DNA of 32,000 nt from Microcystis aeruginosa NIES-843. Lineage in GTDB: Bacteria > Cyanobacteriota > Cyanobacteriia > Cyanobacteriales > Microcystaceae. The DNA is taken from positions 5,520,001 to 5,552,000 of the forward strand of contig NC_010296.1 in NCBI RefSeq assembly GCF_000010625.1, read 5' to 3'. The position numbers and the translations under genes were made by a program. Positions 25,569 to 32,000 of this stretch are shown here, piece by piece. Each line of letters opens with the position of its first letter. The first letter of the stretch is position 1. The notes below the pieces were generated by a model. That model was given only the letters and a program-made list of their open reading frames with translations, did not search any database and was not told the origin of the DNA.

Positions 25569-28500
25569 TTTCTTTTTCTTGGTAAAATGGCTGGAACGAT
25601 GGGAGCGGATTTTTCCTGTTTTAACTGTTCAATCCCTTGGGCTAATTCTGCTAGTGTGGCCGAGTTGAATAACTGACGTAGGGGAAGTTCAACTTTCAAG
25701 CGATCGCGGATCTGTGCTACTAATTTAGTGGCTAGTAGGGAATGTCCTCCCAGTTCAAAGAAGTTATCATTTATACCCACTTTCTCGACTTTTAGCACTT
25801 CTGACCAAACAGTTACTAATATATCCTCGATCGGGTTACGCGGAGCAACATATTTTTCTGATGGTTCACTACTAGATTCTGGTGGGGGTAAAGCTCGACT
25901 ATCTATTTTTCCATTAGCAGTAAGGGGTAAGGCATCTAAAATAACGAAAGCATTAGGTATCATGTAACTGGGTAATTTAGCTTTCAGGAATTGCCGTATT
26001 TCGTTAATGGTAATCGTTTTTTCCGATTGTGGCACAATGTAGGCCACAAGACGCTTATCTCCTGTTGCATCATCCCTCACTATTACTACTGTTTCCCAAA
26101 TCTGGGGATGAGATGCTAATAATGCTTCGATTTCCCCCAACTCAATCCGAAAACCCCGAATCTTAACTTGATTGTCAATGCGTCCTAAATATTCTAATTC
26201 TCCCTTGGGTAAATAACGGGCTAAATCTCCCGTTTTATATAATTTTGACGGCTCATTGCCCCCCTTATTAAGGGGGGTTGGGGGGATCACTTCATCCTTC
26301 TCAAAAGGACTAGAAATAAACCTTTCTTTGGTCAATTCAGGACGATTGAGATAACCTTTTGTTACTCCGGCACCCCCCACATACATCTCCCCGGGTACAC
26401 CAACCGGTACAAGTTGTAAATATTGGTCTAGTAAATATACTTGTAAGTCGGGAATGGGACGACCAATCACACTAGCTGTACTATCCAAGTCGGTCATACT
26501 TAATGGTCGATAGGTGACATGAACGGTAGTTTCCGTAATTCCGTACATATTAACCAATTGGGGGCATTGGTCGCCATGGCGCTGAAACCAAGATTGTAAG
26601 CTGTTAATTTCTAAAGCTTCTCCTCCAAAAATAACTAAACGTAAGCTTAAATCGTTATCTGTTGTCGATGAACGATCCCCCCTTGATAAGGGAAAACTTC
26701 CTTTTAAGGATTCTTCAGCTTGAATTAACTGACGGAAAGCGGTAGGAGTTTGATTGAGAATTGTTACTTTTTCTTGACATAATAGCTGATAAAATGCTTC
26801 GGGGGAACGAGTTATTAAGTAGGGGACAACTACCAAGCGTCCACCATATAACAAAGCTCCCCACATTTCCCACACCGAAAAGTCAAAAGCGTAGGAATGA
26901 AATAGACTCCAGACATCTTGACTATTAAAATTATACCAAGCATCTGTAGCGGCAAATAATCGCACGACATTGGAGTGATTGACTAAAACTCCTTTCGGTT
27001 TACCCGTGGAACCGGAAGTGTAGATAACATAAGCTAAGTTATCTGGGGTGACGGTGTTTTCTGGATTTGAATGGCTGTTTTCGGCAATTTTTTCCCAGTC
27101 GGTATCTAAATAAATAATCTGCGCTTGATGTTGAGGTAGAGTTTCTCCTAGCTTTTGTTGCGTTAACAGCACTGATAATTGAGCATCTTCTAACATGAAG
27201 CTTAACCGTTCAATCGGATATTCTGGGTCAAGAGGAACATAAGCACCACCCGCTTTTAATATCCCCAATAAACCCACAATCATCTCTAAAGAACGTTCAA
27301 GACAAATACCCACTAATTGATCAGGTTTTACTCCCAAAGATTGCAAATAATGCGCTAAATGATTAGCTCGATTATTTAATTCATTGTAGGTTAATTGTTG
27401 ATCTGAATATACAACTGCTACCGCTTCGGGTGTGCGTTTTACCTGCTCTTCAAATAACTGGTGAAGACACTTAGTAACTGGGTAATCAACCTGCGGATTA
27501 TGACCGTCTATTAATAATTGATTTTTCTCAAATTCTGTCAGCAGAGGTAATTGAGAAACTCGCGCCTCTGGATTGGCGACCATTCCCTCCAGTAAGGTTT
27601 GAAAATGCCCCAATAGGCGAGTAATTGTCCCATCATCAAATCGGTTAGTATCATAGCTAATTCGCACCTGTAATTGATCCCCAGGGAGCGCAATTAATGT
27701 TAGAGGATAATTAGTTTGTTGAGAAACCTGAATATTTTCCAGACAAAAACTATCATTGCCTAATACCGCAGTAGCGTCAACTGGATAATTTTCAAAAACA
27801 ACTATACTGTCAAATAAAGATGCACCTCTAGGGATTTCACTCCAAGTTTGAATCTCTGCTAATGAACTATATGAGTATTGATTAGACTCAACTAACTGAG
27901 CTTGTAAATCTTTCAATAAAGTCAGTGCTGAGGTGTCCGGTTTAACTTGGATTCGCATGGGCAAGGTATTAATAAATAATCCCACCATTGCTTCAATACC
28001 AGCAATAGATGTCTCACGACCAGATACAGTCGCACCAAATACTATGTCTGTTTCTTGGCTATAGCGCGATAGCAATAATCCCCAAGTTGCTTGCACTAAA
28101 TTATTCAGTGTCAAGCGATTTTTCCTAACAAAAGATTGGCAGGTAGCTGTGGTTGAAGCGGGGAACTGAATTTGCTGTTTTTTATAGACGTTGCTATTTT
28201 TTGAATTCGCTGATCTTTCTATGACCAAAGGAGTAGGAGCAGTAAAACCTTGCAGTTTTTGTTGCCAAAATTCTTCGGCTGGTTTTTGTTCCTGTTGCTG
28301 TAGCCAAGCAATATATTGGCGATAGCTGACAACAGGTTGATCAGTGCTAATCTGATTTTGAGAAATTTCTTGATAAATCTTTAAAAAATCTTTAATCACT
28401 AAAGATAAAGACCAACCATCAAGTAATAAATGATGACTACTCCAAACAAATTGATAGGTATTTTTATCCAACTTGATCAGATTTAGGCGCATTAATGGAG

Positions 28501-28882
28501 CTTCAGACAATTCTAGGGATTTTTGCTGATCACTCTCCAAAAAAACTGCTAATTCCTGTTCTTGCTGTTGTGCGGTTAAATGTTGCCAATCAAATGTAGC
28601 GACTCTCACAGTTACTTGTCGATACACTACTTGTACAGGTTGGCTCAATGATTCCCAAATAAAAGCTGTACGGAAAACGACATACTTTTCTACTAATCTT
28701 TGCCAAGCTTGCTCGAATATTGTTGTATCGACATTGCCCTTTAAATTACAACTAAATTGGACGAAATATACATCTGAATCTGGCTCATACAAGCTATGAA
28801 ACAACATCCCCTGTTGCATCGGCGATAGGGGATAAATATCGGCTACATTTTGTCTATTTGTGTTATTCATCTGGGAGTTCAT
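25565..28882 (-). CDS. NRPS module 2 (C-A-T), Thr-specific
   Basis: 1105 aa. The C domain has the N-terminus YPLSPMQQGMLFH and SHHLLLDGWS. The A domain signature DFWNIGMVHK is the textbook Thr code, read from AFDFSVWEM / TILNQTP / VIFGGE / NMYGITETTVH. T domain: FFELGGHSLLATK. The ATG at 28882 lies 2 nt after the upstream stop. Confidence 0.95.
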   Translation of the reverse strand: MNSQMNNTNRQNVADIYPLSPMQQGMLFHSLYEPDSDVYFVQFSCNLKGNVDTTIFEQAWQRLVEKYVVFRTAFIWESLSQPVQVVYRQVTVRVATFDWQHLTAQQQEQELAVFLESDQQKSLELSEAPLMRLNLIKLDKNTYQFVWSSHHLLLDGWSLSLVIKDFLKIYQEISQNQISTDQPVVSYRQYIAWLQQQEQKPAEEFWQQKLQGFTAPTPLVIERSANSKNSNVYKKQQIQFPASTTATCQSFVRKNRLTLNNLVQATWGLLLSRYSQETDIVFGATVSGRETSIAGIEAMVGLFINTLPMRIQVKPDTSALTLLKDLQAQLVESNQYSYSSLAEIQTWSEIPRGASLFDSIVVFENYPVDATAVLGNDSFCLENIQVSQQTNYPLTLIALPGDQLQVRISYDTNRFDDGTITRLLGHFQTLLEGMVANPEARVSQLPLLTEFEKNQLLIDGHNPQVDYPVTKCLHQLFEEQVKRTPEAVAVVYSDQQLTYNELNNRANHLAHYLQSLGVKPDQLVGICLERSLEMIVGLLGILKAGGAYVPLDPEYPIERLSFMLEDAQLSVLLTQQKLGETLPQHQAQIIYLDTDWEKIAENSHSNPENTVTPDNLAYVIYTSGSTGKPKGVLVNHSNVVRLFAATDAWYNFNSQDVWSLFHSYAFDFSVWEMWGALLYGGRLVVVPYLITRSPEAFYQLLCQEKVTILNQTPTAFRQLIQAEESLKGSFPLSRGDRSSTTDNDLSLRLVIFGGEALEINSLQSWFQRHGDQCPQLVNMYGITETTVHVTYRPLSMTDLDSTASVIGRPIPDLQVYLLDQYLQLVPVGVPGEMYVGGAGVTKGYLNRPELTKERFISSPFEKDEVIPPTPLNKGGNEPSKLYKTGDLARYLPKGELEYLGRIDNQVKIRGFRIELGEIEALLASHPQIWETVVIVRDDATGDKRLVAYIVPQSEKTITINEIRQFLKAKLPSYMIPNAFVILDALPLTANGKIDSRALPPPESSSEPSEKYVAPRNPIEDILVTVWSEVLKVEKVGINDNFFELGGHSLLATKLVAQIRDRLKVELPLRQLFNSATLAELAQGIEQLKQEKSAPIVPAILPRKRK
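26227..26307 (-). repeat. 81-nt block, copy in module 2
   Basis: Identical string to 8443..8523. The palindrome is at 26259..26277. Confidence 0.9.
26674..26692 (+). repeat. Partial, oppositely oriented copy of the GC-hairpin motif in the A4-A5 region of module 2
   Basis: The plus strand reads gatCCCCCCttgataaGGG. This matches the coding-strand form of the module 6 copy (gatccccccctaaCCCCCCttgataaGGGGGG) minus one C-run. It encodes PLSRGD within the extra-long loop SLKGSFPLSRGDRSSTTDNDLSLRL. Confidence 0.5.
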
Positions 28883-28884
28883 CG

Positions 28885-31800
28885 TTACAGTTGAGCTAAT
28901 ATTTGTTCTAGTTCTATTTGGTCGATTTCTAATAAGGGGAAATCTTGGGCGGTGTAATCTCCAGTATCCGCTTCAGGCGGCGGAGGATTCACTATTTCTG
29001 GTTCTGTTTGTGACTCGGTGACTCTTGTTGCTACTGTGGCTAATTCGGCGATACTTTGATGGGTAAATAATTGTTTGGGGGTTAACTCTAATCCTGCTTT
29101 TCTCGCTCTAGTAATGATTTGAATAGTCAGGATGGAATCGCCCCCCAGTTCAAAGAAGTTATCATAGATACCTACTGGCTCTACTCGCAAAACTTGTGAC
29201 CAGATTGTGGCTAATATTTCTTCTTCTAGGTTACGAGGAGCAACAAAATTCAATTCTATCTCCCCACGCAAGTTGGGTTCAGGTAAAGCACGATGGTCTA
29301 ATTTGCCATTGGGGGTTAAAGGTAAGGTTTCTAAGGTAACAAAAGCACTAGGAATCATGTAATCTGGGAGCCTAGCTTTGAGAAATTGCCGCAGTTCATT
29401 TGTGCTTGGGGTGACATTTTTGGGCGGCACGATGTAAGCAACTAGGCGTTTTATTCCTGGACTATCTTCACGAGCGGTGACACAAGTTGTTTCTACATAA
29501 TTATGCTGACTCAGAACCGCTTCAATTTCTCCTAATTCAATGCGGAATCCTCTAATTTTTACCTGGTTATCAATACGTCCTAAGTATTCGATATTGCCAT
29601 CCGGTAAATAACGAGCTAAATCTCCTGTTTTATATAATCTGCTTTCTGTTGTCTGATGGAAGGGATGAGAGATAAATTTTTCATTGGTTAACTCTGGACA
29701 ATTGAGATAGCCTCTCGCTAATCCCGCACCGCCTATGTGTAATTCCCCAGGCACACCAACAGGAACAGGTTGTAAATATTCGTCTAAAATATAGGTTTGT
29801 ACGTTAGCAATAGGACGACCAATCACTGGTTTGAGGTTAGCTGTGATCAAACAGATTGTGGTATCCACAGTGCATTCTGTCGGTCCATAAACGTTATAGA
29901 AATTAATGTTTTGAGCCTTTGCCAAAGTTGCCCACATAGATTCATCAATGGCTTCTCCTCCCACCAAAACAGATTGAGGATGATTGTCACTGTCCAGCAA
30001 TCCTACTGAAATCAGTAGCCTCAGTTGCGATGGTGTGCAATCCAATACATCTATTTTTTGCTGCCGCAGGTAGGATAACATGGCATGGCCATCAAATCGC
30101 ACCTTTTCTGGCACAATGTTCAGGCTATGACCATATATCAGTTGGATAATCTGTTTCACGGAAGTGTCAAAAGCTAAAGAACCATTGATGCTGACTCGCA
30201 ATGGGGAAATCTGATGGTGAGCATAAATAGCTTGATGCAGTCCGTGAGCAAGATTGACAACGGAGGAATGCTGAATCATCACTCCCTTTGGGTCTCCTGT
30301 TGAACCTGAAGTGTAGATTGCATAAGCTAAGTTTTCCGGTTGAACTTCACAGCAGGGATTTGATTCCTGTGCTTGAGTGATAAACGACCAGTCAGTATCT
30401 AAACAAACGAGTTCTGATTGGTGTTTTGGAAGTCCTGCGATTAAATGTTTTTGGGTTAATAGAACTCTAACTTGAGCATCTTGGAGTATATACAGTAAAC
30501 GCTCAGTTGGATACTCAGGGTCAATTGGTAAATAACCTCCACCTGCTTTCAAAATACCTAGCAGTCCTACCATCATTTCTAGGGAACGCTCGACACAAAT
30601 TCCCACCAACACATCTGGTCCCACCCCCAAATTTTGCAGGTAATGAGCTAACTGGTTCGCTCTGGCATTCAACTCCCGATAATTTAACTGCTGGTCTTCA
30701 AACACGACCGCTATATGATCAGGAGTTCGTTCCACCTGTTCCTCAAACAATTGATGAATACACTTATCTAATGGATAGTCAGCCTGAGTATTATTCCACT
30801 CAAAAAGTAACTGCTGCTGCTCAACTTCTGTGAGCATTAATAATTGGAAAATGGGCTGCTGTGGGTTCAGCACAATAGAGTTGAGCAGTCTGACAAAATG
30901 CTTGACCATACGCTCAATGGTAGCGGCATCAAATAAGTCGGTGTTATATTGCCAACACGGCTCAATCTCCCCTTTCGCTTCCCTTACCATTAAACTCAAA
31001 TCCAAGTGTCCGCCTCGTTGTCCTTTCAAGTATGGCTCCATTCGCAACAGGGATTTTTGCAAATGCAAGGAATTATTTTTTGCTTCACACCAAGTTAGTG
31101 CTTGCCAAGCAAAACTGACTTGACATAAAGGCGAACGGCTAGTATCTCTTTGTGGCTGAAGTTTATCTGCTAACCAAGAAAATGGGTAATCTTGATGCTT
31201 TTGGGCTTGTCTAACTATTTTGCCAACTTGAGCCAGAAGTTCTGTAAATGTGGCATTCTCCTGAACAGAAATTCTTAAAACGGTCAGGTTGGAAAAGTAG
31301 CCAACAATCTCTTTAAATTCTTTAGCCGTCCGACCTCTCATCGGACTACCTATAAGAATATCTGTTTGATTAGTGTAGCGGTAAAGTTGGACGTAAAATG
31401 CTGTGAGCAGAATCTGATAAAGACTGGTGTTCGATGCTGAAGCTAGATACCTGAGTTTTTCAGTTAACTGTTCATCTAGCTTGGCAATGTATGAGGCTCC
31501 TTGATAAGTCTTTACTGGAGGGCGAGGTTTGTCGGGAAGCAGATGCAAAATTGGCAATTCGCCAGCTAATTGTTGTTGCCAATATTGCCACAGTTTTTCT
31601 CCCCTATTACCCGATAGCATTGCTGCTTGCCATTGGACAAAATTTGCATAAGTTTTATTTTCATTCCAAGAATCTGGGGCTGTTTCTGTCTGCTGTTGAC
31701 TAACTTGCTCCACTTCCTCGGGATATAAAGCTTGAAATTCACTCAGCAGTAAATTATAAGACCACATATCACCAGCAATGTGGTGCATTGTCAGCAAGAG

Positions 31801-32000
31801 AATGTGTTCTGCTGCTGAACGAGTAAATAAATTCACCCGCAAAACTGAATCTTTTTCTAAGTTAAAAGGGCGGTCAGCAATAGCATAGATTTTTTCTACT
31901 AATTGGTCTTCGCTCCAGTCGCTGGCATCTATTACCTCAACCTTAAAATTCTCTTGCTGGTTAACCTTCTGTACCGGTTTGCCTTCATAACTGGTATAGG
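28885..32000 (-). CDS. NRPS module 1 (C-A-T + C-terminal COM-like tail), Glu-like; 5' end outside the window
   Basis: The frame stays open upstream of the track's TTG start at 31842, out to position 32000 (YTSYEGKPVQKVNQQENFKVEVIDASDWSEDQLVEKIYAIADRPFNLEKDSV-LRVNLF...). So the C domain (MHHIAGDMWS) starts beyond the window. The A signature DTKDLGVVDK differs at one position from the Glu code DAKDLGVVDK. The T domain has GGDSI. The tail is YTAQDFPLLEIDQIELEQILAQL. Confidence 0.9.
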   Translation of the reverse strand, partial: YTSYEGKPVQKVNQQENFKVEVIDASDWSEDQLVEKIYAIADRPFNLEKDSVLRVNLFTRSAAEHILLLTMHHIAGDMWSYNLLLSEFQALYPEEVEQVSQQQTETAPDSWNENKTYANFVQWQAAMLSGNRGEKLWQYWQQQLAGELPILHLLPDKPRPPVKTYQGASYIAKLDEQLTEKLRYLASASNTSLYQILLTAFYVQLYRYTNQTDILIGSPMRGRTAKEFKEIVGYFSNLTVLRISVQENATFTELLAQVGKIVRQAQKHQDYPFSWLADKLQPQRDTSRSPLCQVSFAWQALTWCEAKNNSLHLQKSLLRMEPYLKGQRGGHLDLSLMVREAKGEIEPCWQYNTDLFDAATIERMVKHFVRLLNSIVLNPQQPIFQLLMLTEVEQQQLLFEWNNTQADYPLDKCIHQLFEEQVERTPDHIAVVFEDQQLNYRELNARANQLAHYLQNLGVGPDVLVGICVERSLEMMVGLLGILKAGGGYLPIDPEYPTERLLYILQDAQVRVLLTQKHLIAGLPKHQSELVCLDTDWSFITQAQESNPCCEVQPENLAYAIYTSGSTGDPKGVMIQHSSVVNLAHGLHQAIYAHHQISPLRVSINGSLAFDTSVKQIIQLIYGHSLNIVPEKVRFDGHAMLSYLRQQKIDVLDCTPSQLRLLISVGLLDSDNHPQSVLVGGEAIDESMWATLAKAQNINFYNVYGPTECTVDTTICLITANLKPVIGRPIANVQTYILDEYLQPVPVGVPGELHIGGAGLARGYLNCPELTNEKFISHPFHQTTESRLYKTGDLARYLPDGNIEYLGRIDNQVKIRGFRIELGEIEAVLSQHNYVETTCVTAREDSPGIKRLVAYIVPPKNVTPSTNELRQFLKARLPDYMIPSAFVTLETLPLTPNGKLDHRALPEPNLRGEIELNFVAPRNLEEEILATIWSQVLRVEPVGIYDNFFELGGDSILTIQIITRARKAGLELTPKQLFTHQSIAELATVATRVTESQTEPEIVNPPPPEADTGDYTAQDFPLLEIDQIELEQILAQL

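Noticed and set aside
8443-26307. Possibility that the identical 81-nt blocks form a CRISPR-like array or IS termini
   Set aside because: The copies are about 3.2-8 kb apart and lie at the homologous position of paralogous modules, in-frame within coding sequence. There are no spacers, cas genes or transposase.
1566-31703. About 20 plus-strand ORFs of 60-146 aa inside dndC, the SDR gene and the NRPS genes (e.g. 1566..1955, 3996..4436, 14327..14659, 30507..31123)
   Set aside because: All are antisense to long, motif-rich minus-strand CDSs. Several repeat module to module (e.g. ...NRSIVLLSNKSVLYSQTPF...) only because the NRPS modules are paralogous.
31842-31842. TTG start assigned by the track to the 985-aa NRPS ORF
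   Set aside because: The frame remains open to position 32000. The C domain would lack its first ~130 residues if translation began here, so the true start is outside the window.

Overview
The window looks cyanobacterial. It has five copies of the HIP1 octamer GCGATCGC, a heptamer tandem repeat, and roughly 40% GC by eye. About 25 kb on the minus strand (6971 to beyond 32000) is a seven-module NRPS assembly line split over four ORFs: C-A-T (5' end outside the window), C-A-T, (C-A-T)x3 + C-A(NMT)-T, and docking-C-A-T-TE. Hand-derived A-domain signatures read Glu-like, Thr, Lys-like, DVENAGVVTK, Phe-like, Tyr-like with an embedded N-methyltransferase, and Ile/Val followed by a thioesterase. This is the architecture of Ahp-cyclodepsipeptide (cyanopeptolin / micropeptin / anabaenopeptilide) synthetases. 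Downstream of the NRPS lie four genes. They are a small glycine-rich membrane protein, a 52-codon plus-strand ORF missing from the supplied track that is a clear microviridin-type (MdnA-like) RiPP precursor with no ATP-grasp ligase in the window, a class I SAM methyltransferase, and an atypical SDR. The left end carries an AT-rich two-gene cassette: an HNH endonuclease with a ScoMcrA-like N-terminal domain, followed 23 nt later by a full-length dndC with no dndB/D/E nearby. Left of it are a (TGTGGGG)6 repeat and a VanX/DdpX-type dipeptidase that runs off the window. The least expected signal is an 81-nt block with a GC-rich hairpin palindrome. It sits in-frame in the A6-A7 loop of the adenylation domain and is nucleotide-identical in four modules. 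A diverged copy occurs in a fifth module, and an inverted partial copy lies at another site. No rRNA, tRNA, CRISPR array or transposase was seen.
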